Shown here: one piece after another, positions 49,136-59,582 of the stretch | How positions within the stretch are numbered: position 1 is the first letter of the stretch | Layout: the number at the start of each line of letters is the position of its first letter | DNA from: Gammaproteobacteria bacterium | GTDB lineage: Bacteria; Pseudomonadota; Gammaproteobacteria; SZUA-152 | DNA length: 64,000 nucleotides | Reading direction: 5' to 3' | Assembly (NCBI GenBank): GCA_021647505.1 | Contig: JAKIUN010000004.1 | Coordinates: 18,210-82,209, forward strand | Translations under genes and position numbers: made by a program | The notes under the pieces: generated by a model | Told to the model about the DNA's origin: nothing | The model's database searches: none | The model's input: only the letters and a program-made list of their open reading frames with translations

Positions 49136-49316
49136 GTCCTGCCCTCACTGTCGAGACGGAGAACCAAATCTCCCTCAGGCACACACCGAAGATGGCGTGA
49201 AATATGCCCAGTTCCTGTCAGTTTATAGCGGCCCACCGGGGTTTTCCTTGATCTTGACCCGGGAATTAACGGTCTATCACTTGGACATTTGCGCGGGCTT
49301 GACCAGGGTCTTTACT

Positions 49317-49450
49317 CAATGCCATTAAGCTAGTGTAGGTTGGCGGTGAGCCTGCGAACCCCAACCAAACCAACCCTGTTGGAGTTCCTGCGTCACCACC
49401 AACCACCAACCACCAACAAGCAGGACGTCAGGCTTAACTTAATGGCATTG
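49317..49450. mobile_element. IS4-type-ended MITE with REP doublet (copy 3)
   Basis: CAATGCCATTAAGCTA...TTAACTTAATGGCATTG; flanks GGTCTTTACT / AGTCGTTACT (8/10); CCAACCA slippage in the second REP arm. Confidence 0.85.
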
Positions 49451-49455
49451 AGTCG

Positions 49456-50454
49456 TTACTGCTGTACAACGATGGCGGCATGAAACACCACGTCGGGGGC
49501 GGTAGCGACGGCGATATCCTCCACCACCGCCAGCTCAATGCGGGTATGTTTAGCCAGACGCAGGCTGCCACCCACGCTGAGCTGCAGGGAATCGTCGCCC
49601 AGCTGGGTCAATTCACTGTCTCGATAGATGGCCTCATTGAAATCCAGCTGCACCTTCAGTGACAGCCGCGGCAGCACCCAGACACCCGCACCCAGACTGC
49701 CAAATAGGACACTGCTGCGCTGCTGCTCGGGCAGCACATCACCCCTGTCCATCAGCAGCACGCCCAGGCCACCAAACACCGAGGCCGACGGCCCCAGCCC
49801 ATAACCGCCATAGCCACCATTCAACCACAAAGCCAAATCCGTGCCACCACTGCCGTGCAGCTGTTCACTGTCGCCGGTGGGAAGTTTCAGACTGGCTCGC
49901 AGAGCAACAGCGGTGTCGTCGCCCGCGCCCGGACGCAGCAGCTGCCAGCCACCGCTGAGACGGATATCACCCACACCATCGCCTTCCAGCGCCTGACTGA
50001 CCAACGTCTGGCCATCGCGCACATACCGGTAATTCAACGCATTATCGGGTACGTCTGTCCGCCCACCTTGCGACATACCGAAAGTATCGTGCCAACGTCG
50101 GATAAAACTATCCAGCACGCCCCCACTGTGCGACACATAGGGGATCTGTATCCCCCATTCGAAATTGCGTCCGCCATGGCCGCTGAAGACCAGGGTCAGG
50201 CGCGTGGTCTCGCCATCGAGAATAATGGATTCCGTACCCGACCGGCCGACGCTGAAGTTGTTGGCGAGATCCATTTGCAGGCGGTAGCTCTGTTCACCCG
50301 GATCGAGAATACGCGCCGCTTCGATGGCCGGCAGACCATAGAGCTGCACCAGCGGGCTCTGATTGAAGGTAAAGAATGGCGTTACCGGGCGTGCCTGTGC
50401 GCCCAGTGACAGCAACAAGAAGGTGCCGAGGACAATGCAACAAAACCATTTCAT
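49456..50454 (-). CDS. DUF3187-like outer-membrane beta-barrel protein
   Basis: Signal peptide, NQSPL...G.P, LDGET, GG.LDSFI..WH..FG, KLPTG, EDI....APD; ATGA overlap with argH. Confidence 0.78.
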   Translation of the reverse strand: MKWFCCIVLGTFLLLSLGAQARPVTPFFTFNQSPLVQLYGLPAIEAARILDPGEQSYRLQMDLANNFSVGRSGTESIILDGETTRLTLVFSGHGGRNFEWGIQIPYVSHSGGVLDSFIRRWHDTFGMSQGGRTDVPDNALNYRYVRDGQTLVSQALEGDGVGDIRLSGGWQLLRPGAGDDTAVALRASLKLPTGDSEQLHGSGGTDLALWLNGGYGGYGLGPSASVFGGLGVLLMDRGDVLPEQQRSSVLFGSLGAGVWVLPRLSLKVQLDFNEAIYRDSELTQLGDDSLQLSVGGSLRLAKHTRIELAVVEDIAVATAPDVVFHAAIVVQQ

Positions 50455-51860
50455 GCGCCTGTAACACCCTCTGTTTCCTGCAACCACTGCCGTGCACGGG
50501 TGCAGGCGGCGCGCACTTGTGCGGGCGCGGTGCCACCGATGTGATTGCGCGCCGCCACCGAACCATCAAGGCTCAGCACGTCGAACACATCAGCGTCGAT
50601 ATGGCCGGAAAACGACTGCAACTGTGCCAGCGTCATATCGGCCAGGTCACAATTCTCTTTCACACCCAGGGCCACAGCCTTACCCACCACCTCGTGGGCA
50701 TCGCGGAAGGGCACACCCTTGCGTACCAGGTAGTCGGCCAGATCCGTGGCGGTCGAGAAGCCGGAACGCGCCGCCTCGCGCATGCTGTCGCGCCTGGGTG
50801 TGATAGCGGGAATCATGTCGGCAAAGACATGCAGGCAGGCGCGCAGGGTATCGACGGTGTCGAACAGCGGCTCTTTATCCTCCTGGTTGTCTTTGTTATA
50901 GGCCAGTGGCTGGCCCTTCATCAGGGTCAACAGGGCGACCAGGTGGCCGTTGACGCGGCCGGTCTTGCCACGGATCAATTCCGGCACATCCGGATTCTTC
51001 TTCTGCGGCATGATGCTGGAGCCGGTGCAGAAGCTATCGCCCAGCTCGATGAAGTTGAACTGCGCCGAGGCCCAAATCACCAACTCCTCGGAGAAGCGTG
51101 ACAGGTGCATCATCAGTAGTGCGGCATCGGCGACAAATTCGATAGCGAAGTCACGATCGCTCACCGCGTCCAACGAGTTTTCGCACACGCCATCGAAGCC
51201 TAATAGTTCAGCGCTGTATTCACGGTCAATGGGATAAGAGGTGCCGGCCAGGGCGGCGGCGCCCAGGGGCAGCACGTTGAGCCGCTCGGCGCAGTCCGTC
51301 AGGCGGCCGTGGTCGCGTTTGAGCATCTCGAACCAGGCCAGCAAGTGATGCCCGAAGGTTACCGGTTGAGCGGTCTGCAGGTGGGTGAAGCCGGGCATGA
51401 TGGTGTCGGCCTCGGCTTCCGCCAAAACCACCAGTGCGGCCTGCAAGCGTGTGAGTCCACTGATGATCGCGGCCAGTTCATCGCGCAGATAGAGACGAAT
51501 ATCGGTGGCTACCTGATCGTTGCGCGAGCGGCCGGTGTGCAGTTTCTTGCCCACATCACCGATAAGCTCGATGAGGCGTGCCTCGATATTCATGTGCACG
51601 TCTTCGCGGGCAATGGACCAGTCGAACTCACCGCGTTCAATCTCCGCTTCGATGACCTGCAAGCCATCGATGATGGCATTACATTCAGTCTCCGTGAGCA
51701 CGCCCACCCGGGCCAGCATGGTGGCGTGAGCGGTGGAGCCTCTGATGTCGTGGGCGTAAAGGCGCTTGTCAAAGGTGACCGAGGCGGTAAAGGCCTCGAC
51801 AAAGGCGTCGGTGGGTTCGCTGAAACGGCCACCCCAGGGTTTTTCGATGTGCTTGCTCAT
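50451..51860 (-). CDS. argH: Argininosuccinate lyase
   Basis: [46 protein letters not shown]. Confidence 0.99.
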   Translation of the reverse strand: MSKHIEKPWGGRFSEPTDAFVEAFTASVTFDKRLYAHDIRGSTAHATMLARVGVLTETECNAIIDGLQVIEAEIERGEFDWSIAREDVHMNIEARLIELIGDVGKKLHTGRSRNDQVATDIRLYLRDELAAIISGLTRLQAALVVLAEAEADTIMPGFTHLQTAQPVTFGHHLLAWFEMLKRDHGRLTDCAERLNVLPLGAAALAGTSYPIDREYSAELLGFDGVCENSLDAVSDRDFAIEFVADAALLMMHLSRFSEELVIWASAQFNFIELGDSFCTGSSIMPQKKNPDVPELIRGKTGRVNGHLVALLTLMKGQPLAYNKDNQEDKEPLFDTVDTLRACLHVFADMIPAITPRRDSMREAARSGFSTATDLADYLVRKGVPFRDAHEVVGKAVALGVKENCDLADMTLAQLQSFSGHIDADVFDVLSLDGSVAARNHIGGTAPAQVRAACTRARQWLQETEGVTGA

Positions 51861-51994
51861 TGTTTCGTAAACTCGGGTATCTATGCTTTAAACTGGCAAA
51901 ATCAAGAATCCGCGCAGTATAGCCGATATTGCCCGCAGACCGGGCGCAAGCCGCATCGACGATGCCACGACTGACACGCTACACTCGGCCACAA

Positions 51995-53089
51995 ATGAAC
52001 ACGCAAACCCATTCTAAAGCCACCACCGACAACTTTTTCCTGCCGGACTTCTGTTCCGTGCGCATGGTCTTCGCAGTGGTGGTCATCAGTGAGTTGCTGG
52101 CCATCGTCCTGACCCTGGCGCCCCTGGAAAGCCGTGCTGGGCGCTGGGAAGATCTCAGCATCATCTCCCTGTTTGTACAGTGGGTTGGCCTGAGCAGCGC
52201 CGCCGTACTGTGCCTTTGCCGCCCTCGACTGAGCCGCATGAGCGAAACACGGGCCGCCATTGTCAGCTATTTATTGTTGCTCACCACCACCCTGGTGATT
52301 ACCGAACTAGCTCGCTGGATCGGCCAGGCGATGCCCTATGCTGATATCGGCAACCACTGGAACTCCGGCAACTGGCACAGCGACCTGCTGCTGCGCAATC
52401 TCGGCATCAGCGCTATCGTCAGCGCCCTGGTTCTGCGCTACTTTTACGTTCAGCATCAATGGAAACAAAACATACGTGCCGAGGCCGAGGCGCGCCTGCA
52501 GGCATTACAATCGCGCATCCGTCCACACTTCCTGTTCAACAGCCTTAACACTATCGCCAGCCTTACACAGATCAACCCGCAGCAAGCTGAGGAAGCCGTC
52601 GAAAATCTCGCCGACCTGTTCCGCAACAGCATGGCCGATGCCAGTCACCAGATTACCCTGAAAGAGGAACTCGCCCTGTCGCGGCGCTATCTGGAAATCG
52701 AGAAACTGCGTCTCGGCGAACGCCTGCAACTGCGCTGGTGTGTCGACGAACTGCCGGATAACGCCCTGGTGCCACGCCTCATTATTCAGCCTTTGCTGGA
52801 AAATGCCATTTACCACGGCATTGAAACCTTGGGGGCGGGCGGTATTATCGGCATCGACGGCCACCGGTATGGCGAGGAAATATGTATCAGTATTACTAAC
52901 CCTCTCGCCGCGCGGGGGGATACCAGACAGCACGAAGGTAACCGCATCGCAGTGGAAAATATCCGTCAGCGCCTGGCCGCCATCTATGGCGAACAGGGAA
53001 ACCTCACCACACAGTCCGATACCGACAGCTATATCACCACCATTACACTCCCCTACATAACACTCAACGATGTGGGGCCCCGGCAATGA
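51995..53089 (+). CDS. fimS: LytS-type sensor kinase FimS/AlgZ
   Basis: FLPDFC, LQSRIRPHFLFNSLN, QPLLENAIYHG; argH-fimS-algR synteny. Confidence 0.88.
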   Translation: MNTQTHSKATTDNFFLPDFCSVRMVFAVVVISELLAIVLTLAPLESRAGRWEDLSIISLFVQWVGLSSAAVLCLCRPRLSRMSETRAAIVSYLLLLTTTLVITELARWIGQAMPYADIGNHWNSGNWHSDLLLRNLGISAIVSALVLRYFYVQHQWKQNIRAEAEARLQALQSRIRPHFLFNSLNTIASLTQINPQQAEEAVENLADLFRNSMADASHQITLKEELALSRRYLEIEKLRLGERLQLRWCVDELPDNALVPRLIIQPLLENAIYHGIETLGAGGIIGIDGHRYGEEICISITNPLAARGDTRQHEGNRIAVENIRQRLAAIYGEQGNLTTQSDTDSYITTITLPYITLNDVGPRQ

Positions 53090-53838
53090 AGGTATTGATC
53101 GTCGATGATGAACCGCTGGCCCGCACCCGCCTGGTACGCCTGCTGAATGATATGGACGAGATCGAAACCGCTGGCGAAGCCGGCACCGGGCGCGAGGCGA
53201 TTGAGCTGACCGATGAGCTAAGTCCGGATATCGTCCTGCTCGATATCCGTATGCCGGAAATGGACGGACTTGAGGCCGCCATGCACCTGTCACAACTCGA
53301 CAGCCCACCGGCAATCATTTTCACCACCGCCTACAATGAGCACGCCCTGGCCGCCTTCGAGGCCAATGCCGTGGACTATCTATTGAAACCCATTCGCCAC
53401 GAACGTCTGGCGGATGCCTTGGCCCGGGCACGACGTATCAACCGTGCCCAGTTGCTCGACATCGGCCAACAGGAAGGCAACGAAGAGGGTGCACATGCAC
53501 GCACCCACATCAGCGCCACCATAGGCGGCAGTTTGCAGTTAATTCCCGCTGCAGAAATAATCTATTTTCAGGCTGAACAGAAATACGTCACGGTACGACA
53601 TCTTGGTGGACAGTTGCTAATCGATGATCCACTGAAGTCACTGGAGGTGGAATTCGGTGACCGCTTCCTACGCGTGCACCGCAACTCCCTGGTCGCCATG
53701 CAGTCGGTGCAGGGCCTGGAGCGTATCCCCGGCGGGCGCTATGAAATCTTTTTCCGCACCATCGATGACCGGCTAGAGGTCAGCCGGCGACTGGCAACGA
53801 CCGTGCGCAAACGCTTGAAGGGTTTGGGTCAGGGCTGA
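53086..53838 (+). CDS. algR: LytTR response regulator AlgR
   Basis: DDEPLAR, DIRMP, FTTAY, DYLLKP, FLRVHRNSLV, VSRR. Confidence 0.9.
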   Translation: MKVLIVDDEPLARTRLVRLLNDMDEIETAGEAGTGREAIELTDELSPDIVLLDIRMPEMDGLEAAMHLSQLDSPPAIIFTTAYNEHALAAFEANAVDYLLKPIRHERLADALARARRINRAQLLDIGQQEGNEEGAHARTHISATIGGSLQLIPAAEIIYFQAEQKYVTVRHLGGQLLIDDPLKSLEVEFGDRFLRVHRNSLVAMQSVQGLERIPGGRYEIFFRTIDDRLEVSRRLATTVRKRLKGLGQG

Positions 53839-54158
53839 ATCAGGCACATAGCAATAAAAACTGTTCACCATGGAGGCACGGAGCACAACCGTTCTCACCA
53901 TCAAATATTTACTGACAAAAATGCAAACGACGCGATTCGCTAGCAAACACCAGCATCCTACATTAACGATCAAAGCAATTTTCCTGCGAACTTCATCAGC
54001 AACAAACGATCCAGCAGAAAACTATTTCGCTATAAAAAACAAGGCATACAGGGTATTGTACTGTCGGTTCAAACGCTTAGACATTTGAATAAAAGGCCTA
54101 AGCAGTAGGCTGCGAGGAACTCACCCCAAAGAGATTAACAATAAACGGGCGGGAAGAA

Positions 54159-55166
54159 ATGAAACAATCAACTATAATTACCAGGTTTTTACTGGCCTCG
54201 CTGATATCAGTATTACTACTGGCATGCGCCAGTGAAAATAATGATGATAACGGGAAAGGTGACGGCAATCAGGTGCCGGTGATCAGCGGCACTCCCGCCA
54301 CTACCGTCAATGAAGGCAGCGCCTATCACTTTACACCAACAGCCTCCGATGGTGACAGCGATGACAGCCTTACCTTCGCGATAAGCAACAAACCCGCCTG
54401 GGCCAGCTTCAATAACCAGATGGGTGTTCTTAGAGGCACACCCGGCCTGGACGATGCGGCTGATTATAACAACATCATCATCAGCGTCAGTGACGGTAGC
54501 GCCTCGGCCCAGCTGCCCGCCTTTACCATCACGGTCGTCGATGTCAGCCCAGCACTTGAGGTTAACACGCACAGCCCCACCACCCTGGCGAACGACACAG
54601 CGTTGCACAGCAACATCACGATCACGTTCAATGCCCCACTGGATATGGCGACGGTGACAAGCACTTCGGTAACACTGCAAGGAACAAGCAACACAGCCAT
54701 CCAAACCACACTGAGCACGAACAATCAAACCATTACCATTGACCCAGCCAGTAACCTTGAGCCGCTTACAACCTACACCGTCACCATCACTACCGCCGTT
54801 ACCAGTGCAGATGGGGCGGTATTGGATCGTGATTATTCCTGGGGTTTCACCACCGTGGAAAGCTCTGTGATTGATCCATCAAGAGTGACTGTCAACCTCG
54901 GTTGGAATGCCGGTGATGTTACCAATACCGACATATCGCCCAGCGGTTACTCGATCTATTACGGTCGCCAAAGTGGCAGTCTCACCGACAACATTGATGT
55001 TGGCATGACCACATCAAGAGCATTAAGTGGCAGCGAATTCAATTTCACTGACATTGGTGAATACTACTTCCATGTCGTGGCCTATAACGTAGATAAGTCC
55101 CTGTTCTCTGCGCCCAGCACAGAAGTAATGATTGATATCCGTCCACAATTTACAGGGCAAAAATAA
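54159..55166 (+). CDS. Lipoprotein: cadherin/He_PIG-like, Big_5 and FN3-like domains
   Basis: Lipobox LLAC; PVISGTP..YHFTPTASD..KPAWASF; ITITFNAPLD..YSWGFTT; LGW...GYSIYYG...YYFHVVAYN. Confidence 0.8.
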   Translation: MKQSTIITRFLLASLISVLLLACASENNDDNGKGDGNQVPVISGTPATTVNEGSAYHFTPTASDGDSDDSLTFAISNKPAWASFNNQMGVLRGTPGLDDAADYNNIIISVSDGSASAQLPAFTITVVDVSPALEVNTHSPTTLANDTALHSNITITFNAPLDMATVTSTSVTLQGTSNTAIQTTLSTNNQTITIDPASNLEPLTTYTVTITTAVTSADGAVLDRDYSWGFTTVESSVIDPSRVTVNLGWNAGDVTNTDISPSGYSIYYGRQSGSLTDNIDVGMTTSRALSGSEFNFTDIGEYYFHVVAYNVDKSLFSAPSTEVMIDIRPQFTGQK

Positions 55167-56707
55167 TGACGTTTTTTACACAACAACAAAAACACAAACT
55201 TTTTCAATACCCGCTCCAGAGGCATTCTTTACTCGGCGCTGTCATGGTCTCACTGGCACTACTGGCCGGCTCGGCAAGCGCACAAAACTTCCCGCACATA
55301 AAAACATTTGGTTTTGACTATGCTCCCCTGAATAATCGCCTAGCGGAGGCCACATGGCTGGCACAGCATCATGATTGGATTATAGGGGGTGGCAACAACT
55401 GGGACACACAGCTCTATAACACTATTAAGGAGGCAAACCCTGACACCAAGATCATGCGTTATTTGGCTTACCATAGCATCGCCCCTGATGCTATGACTTG
55501 GCTTGAAAACTGGGCAGATAATAATGGCTACGATCCGGAAGATATTTACTATCACTATCATACTGACTCTGAAGTGAAAACACTCAGCGGCAGCATAACC
55601 GTACCGGGCTTTGGGCCAAATGGTAGTGCGGCCATGCTTGAAGAGGCACGCGCACGTGTACGCTGGAATGGTGGTTGGGTAGGCATTAACCCATCTTCAA
55701 CAGTTTTCCGGCGCGCCTTTGAGGCATATGCACTGTATGAAATCAGCGTCGCCGGATCTCCCGGCACCTTTTTGGACGGTGTATTTCTGGATACTTTCGA
55801 TGGCATACAAAATAGCGGGCCATGGACCAGCAATTTACAAAACACGATTGAACTAAACCCGGATGGCAGCCGTAGTATTGAGGCGGTCTACAACCAAGTG
55901 CAGCAAGACCTCCTAGACGCCAAAATGGAGCTGGAAGCATTTCTCAAACGACAGACCGGTAATAATTCATTTGTAGTCAACGTCAACGCCGCTGATGCCG
56001 ATATTGTCTATCAGTGGTTCCCTGACCTTTATGTGGACGAGCGCGACAAAACAATGCATCTCACTATCGAGTATATGGTGACAAGTACCAGCGGAAGGTC
56101 TCGCATTCCCCGCCTTAGGGATGTTTATGACGATCTAGAAAATGGTCGCAAAATGCTAATCCGCAGTCAAACCAATGTCAGCTCAAATATGCAGGATATT
56201 CCCTATGGATTTACCCGCTTCATCCTGGCAACACATTATCTGATAAACCACGAAAATGCCCATTTTATGTATCATGAAGGTAATGCCGGCAACTATGGTG
56301 GCACTCCCTATGGCAACTTCCGAACCAGTCATTGGCATAGAAACATGGAGATAAATATTGGCGTGCCTGCCACGCGAGCAGGTACTGACTCGTGGGGCAC
56401 TGAAAATACTGACCGTTTTTATGAGCTTGCCGGCGGCAGCGGCTACAGTGTCCTGGCCCGTGAGTATTCCAACGCACTGGTAGTGGCAAAATTTGGACGT
56501 GGTGGATGGGCGAATATTGGCAACAACTCGGCCATTTATCAACTGGGTGGCAACTATTACCCCCTGCTCGAAGACAACAGCACGGGTGCTGCCGTTACCA
56601 GTGTGACGCTGGGTGAGAGCGAGGGTGTTATTTTACTTAAAAACCCGGTGATTGGCCACCTTCCACGCCCACAAATCACCGAATCGAGCTTTGCAATAAG
56701 GCCATAA
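55166..56707 (+). CDS. Secreted putative glycoside hydrolase (TIM-barrel, GHL15-like)
   Basis: Signal peptide; IKEANPDTKIMRY, LDGVFLD, TIEY, tail LAREYSNALVV...GVIL. Confidence 0.6.
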   Translation: MTFFTQQQKHKLFQYPLQRHSLLGAVMVSLALLAGSASAQNFPHIKTFGFDYAPLNNRLAEATWLAQHHDWIIGGGNNWDTQLYNTIKEANPDTKIMRYLAYHSIAPDAMTWLENWADNNGYDPEDIYYHYHTDSEVKTLSGSITVPGFGPNGSAAMLEEARARVRWNGGWVGINPSSTVFRRAFEAYALYEISVAGSPGTFLDGVFLDTFDGIQNSGPWTSNLQNTIELNPDGSRSIEAVYNQVQQDLLDAKMELEAFLKRQTGNNSFVVNVNAADADIVYQWFPDLYVDERDKTMHLTIEYMVTSTSGRSRIPRLRDVYDDLENGRKMLIRSQTNVSSNMQDIPYGFTRFILATHYLINHENAHFMYHEGNAGNYGGTPYGNFRTSHWHRNMEINIGVPATRAGTDSWGTENTDRFYELAGGSGYSVLAREYSNALVVAKFGRGGWANIGNNSAIYQLGGNYYPLLEDNSTGAAVTSVTLGESEGVILLKNPVIGHLPRPQITESSFAIRP

Positions 56708-56795
56708 ATTACGGATATCAAACGGCACAATGAAGATGTCGCTAATTGGAATTAAGGGTTCGCACAACAATAACTTAAATTCGGCAGGTAAAGAA

Positions 56796-58589
56796 ATGAA
56801 ACAAGAAAATATTATCTTTAGGCTTTTATTGACCGGACTTGTATCAGGATTATTAATGTCATGCGATGGCGAAAGTGACAATGGCGGGGAAGGTGATATC
56901 AATCAGGAACCAACGATCACTGGCACTCCTGCTAACAGCGTCGATGAAGGCGCCAGCTACAGCTTTACTCCGACGGCCTCCGACAGTGATGGTGATGCAC
57001 TCACATTCTCAGTCATCAACAAGCCGTCTTGGGCCAGCTTTAATAACCAGACGGGTATTCTCGACGGCACACCCGGCCCGGACGATGCGGATGATTATCG
57101 CAACATTATCATCAGCGTCAGCGACGGCACCGCCTCAGCCCAGCTGTCCGCCTTTACAATCTCGGTCGCCGATGTCAGCCAGGCACTTGTGGTTGGCACA
57201 CACAGCCCCACCTCCCAGGCAGCGGGTACACCACTGCACAGCAAGATTACCATCACCTTTAATGCCCCACTGGATTCAGCAACGGTGACAGACACTTCGA
57301 TTACACTGCAAGGAACAAGCAACACAGTCATTTCCGCCGCACTGAGCACGGATAATCAAACCATTACCATTGACCCAGCCAGTGATCTTGAACCACTCAC
57401 GACCTACGCCGTCACCGTCACCACTGCCGTTACCAGTACAAATGGGGAGGCATTGGATAGCGATTATTCCTGGAGCTTCACCACCCTGGCAGGCTCACCC
57501 ATCCCGGAAATTGCACAATGGGAAGCGAACATGCTGGCAGCAGGTGAACGATGGGGACAGTTTCTGAGCGATCTGAACCCGGCCCTGGGCACCTATAACG
57601 AGATGAACACAAATTATTATGATGGACAGAGAGTGTATTTCCAGATCGCCGATTATACCGGCCAGGAAGAACCATGGAATACCTATGCCCAGGAGGCAGA
57701 GCGTATCTATATGAACTATTTGGTGCCGCATGATTTTAGCATGCCGGGCTACCGACGCTTTGCAGAAGGTATCTACATGGATTATGTCCGCACCGGCGAT
57801 AGCTTTGCCTACGAGAATATTGTCAAAATCCGTGATAACCCCGCATTTTCAAACGCGGGTACCCGGCGAATCTCTGTTCCAGCATGGTACAGAGAGCGCA
57901 GTTCACGAGAGATTGCTTATTCGCTGGAAGCCCATATCTTTGCTGAACGCGTCGATCACCCACGAGATGAAGCCGACGTAGCCCGCTATGTGACCATGGC
58001 GTTGAACCATATCAACGAGTGGATTACCGGTGAATTTAGTGATCCCGACAGGCATCGCCGCGCACCGTTTATGTTTGGCCTTACCGCCGAGGCATTGATC
58101 ATGTTCTATGAATGGGAGCTGGATAATGGCCGCGACCCCACGGCCCTTTACAACCATGCCTCCGTACCCACGGAGTTTGTCCCCACCCTGACGATTCCGG
58201 AAGCCCTCAAGGCAATGGCGGATTATCTATACGATGAGGCCGTCGTGGAATCCGGCGATAACATAGGGAAGCCTATGTGGGTGGCCGATCTTGGCGGCAC
58301 CCGAGGCAACTGGAATGATCTGGGGGGAACTGGCTATGCCGCCTTTCGTTACGAGGATATCAAGGGAGGAGCACCCGCTCCAGATTTGAATTTGATGATT
58401 GCACCGATTTATGCCTGGCTGTTCCAGTATTATGGTGAGATGAAGCACATCACGATTGCGGATCAGTTGTTTATCGGTGGTGTTAATCTCTCCAACGTCA
58501 ACAGGAATACCAAGATTTTCAATCAGAATTACCGCTGGAGTTTTAACTATATCAAATGGCGCAATGAAGGTTTTGCCAAGTGGAATTAA
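56796..58589 (+). CDS. Lipoprotein: cadherin/He_PIG-like and Big_5 domains plus a helical (alpha/alpha-toroid-like) domain
   Basis: Lipobox LMSC; N-terminal about 190 aa paralogous to 54159-55166; YYDGQRV, FMFGLTAEAL, APDLNLMIAPIYAWL, KIFNQNYRWS. Confidence 0.75.
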   Translation: MKQENIIFRLLLTGLVSGLLMSCDGESDNGGEGDINQEPTITGTPANSVDEGASYSFTPTASDSDGDALTFSVINKPSWASFNNQTGILDGTPGPDDADDYRNIIISVSDGTASAQLSAFTISVADVSQALVVGTHSPTSQAAGTPLHSKITITFNAPLDSATVTDTSITLQGTSNTVISAALSTDNQTITIDPASDLEPLTTYAVTVTTAVTSTNGEALDSDYSWSFTTLAGSPIPEIAQWEANMLAAGERWGQFLSDLNPALGTYNEMNTNYYDGQRVYFQIADYTGQEEPWNTYAQEAERIYMNYLVPHDFSMPGYRRFAEGIYMDYVRTGDSFAYENIVKIRDNPAFSNAGTRRISVPAWYRERSSREIAYSLEAHIFAERVDHPRDEADVARYVTMALNHINEWITGEFSDPDRHRRAPFMFGLTAEALIMFYEWELDNGRDPTALYNHASVPTEFVPTLTIPEALKAMADYLYDEAVVESGDNIGKPMWVADLGGTRGNWNDLGGTGYAAFRYEDIKGGAPAPDLNLMIAPIYAWLFQYYGEMKHITIADQLFIGGVNLSNVNRNTKIFNQNYRWSFNYIKWRNEGFAKWN

Positions 58590-58590
58590 T

Positions 58591-58621
58591 CCTGGATTCC
58601 ACTTCATTCCATCCAGGCTAC
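58591..58621 (-). repeat. GTAGCC-type REP
   Basis: Minus strand GTAGCCTGGATGGAATGAAGTGGAATCCAGG. Confidence 0.7.
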
Positions 58622-58687
58622 TTTTCTTTGCAGCCTTTCTGGTAAACGATAAACCGAAGAAGGAGTTTGCGGTATTTGGAAAAACCA

Positions 58688-58710
58688 TCGCGGGCATGGC
58701 CCGCTCCTAC
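58688..58710 (-). repeat. GTAGGAGCG-type REP overlapping a stop codon
   Basis: Minus strand GTAGGAGCGGGCCATGCCCGCGA; its TAG is the stop codon of the thioredoxin gene. Confidence 0.8.
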
Positions 58711-59237
58711 GGGGTTTTACTCTGGCGTAACAGTACACGTGCCACATCAATGGCCTGATCCAGGTAGGCGGGGTAAAAATCCGGTGAGGTGTAGCCAACG
58801 ATCTTGGGCACCAGTTCGCGGCCGTCGCCATCCAGCAGATAGAGGGTGGGCACCATGCCAACCCTCTTCTGTCGGGCCAACTCGTCGGCACTGATTTCCC
58901 GCCCCTGGAAATCACGTAGACTGTCCGGTGTCTCCAGCATGATCTTGCGCAGCAGCACCCGACGCGGGTCGTCACCAGCCAACGTCATCGGCCCCAGTAC
59001 CTCGGCCTCCAGTCGCTCACAAAAATGACAGTCTTCACTGGCAAACATCAACAGGATCGGCACACCGGCCTCGCGCACCATGCGGCCCAGTGCCTGCAAG
59101 TCGTTGACTTCCGTCAGCACCGTGTGGGGACCATTCCCCGCCCTATCGTCTTCATTGGCCAGAGCCGGCCCGGAAAACAGACAAAGCAGCGCCAGTACGG
59201 GCCATCGTTGGGTGATAAAACTCTGTAATCTGATCAT
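58707..59237 (-). CDS. Periplasmic thioredoxin-fold protein (SoxW-like)
   Basis: Signal peptide, LLMFASEDCHFC, VPT, KIVGY. Confidence 0.8.
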   Translation of the reverse strand: MIRLQSFITQRWPVLALLCLFSGPALANEDDRAGNGPHTVLTEVNDLQALGRMVREAGVPILLMFASEDCHFCERLEAEVLGPMTLAGDDPRRVLLRKIMLETPDSLRDFQGREISADELARQKRVGMVPTLYLLDGDGRELVPKIVGYTSPDFYPAYLDQAIDVARVLLRQSKTP

Positions 59238-59328
59238 CTACCGCTATCCGTTTACCACTCGGCCATCACCCACTTCATCGGCCTTCAGGGCACTTCTATT
59301 AATTGCTTGTCGCCTCTGAGCCTGGGGT

Positions 59329-59582
59329 TCACCCCAGCAACATCCACAGACCCAGCAGGGCGAGGCACAGGGCAAACACCCGCTTCAGCGCCGGCCCCGA
59401 CAGGTTGTGCGCCAAACGCGCACCCAGCGGGGCGAACATCACACTGGCGACCACCACGCCGAGCAGGGCCGGCAGATAAACGAATCCCAGCGCCGCTGGC
59501 GGCAGTCCTTCTGCATTCCAGCCTATGAGCACATAGGTAAAGCTGCCGGCCAGGGCGATAAGTACATCAACAGGGCCGTCAT
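59329..59582 (-). pseudogene. TauE/SafE sulfite exporter with a large internal deletion
   Basis: ATG 59582 (ATGA-coupled) gives MTALLMYLS, joined out of frame to IALAGSFTY...LGFVYLPA...APLGARLAH.L...LKRVFA. Confidence 0.78.

Noticed and set aside
49140-49260. Possible c-di-GMP riboswitch ahead of the Ig-repeat gene
   Set aside because: Could not match the class I or class II conserved core by eye.
49393-49417. CCAACCA tandem repeat as a CRISPR or contingency locus
   Set aside because: Three-unit slippage inside a REP arm; no spacers and no cas genes in the window.
53859-54010. AAACGA/CGTTC motifs as LytTR (AlgR) boxes
   Set aside because: Spacing is irregular (16-28 bp), not a consistent 21-22-bp period.
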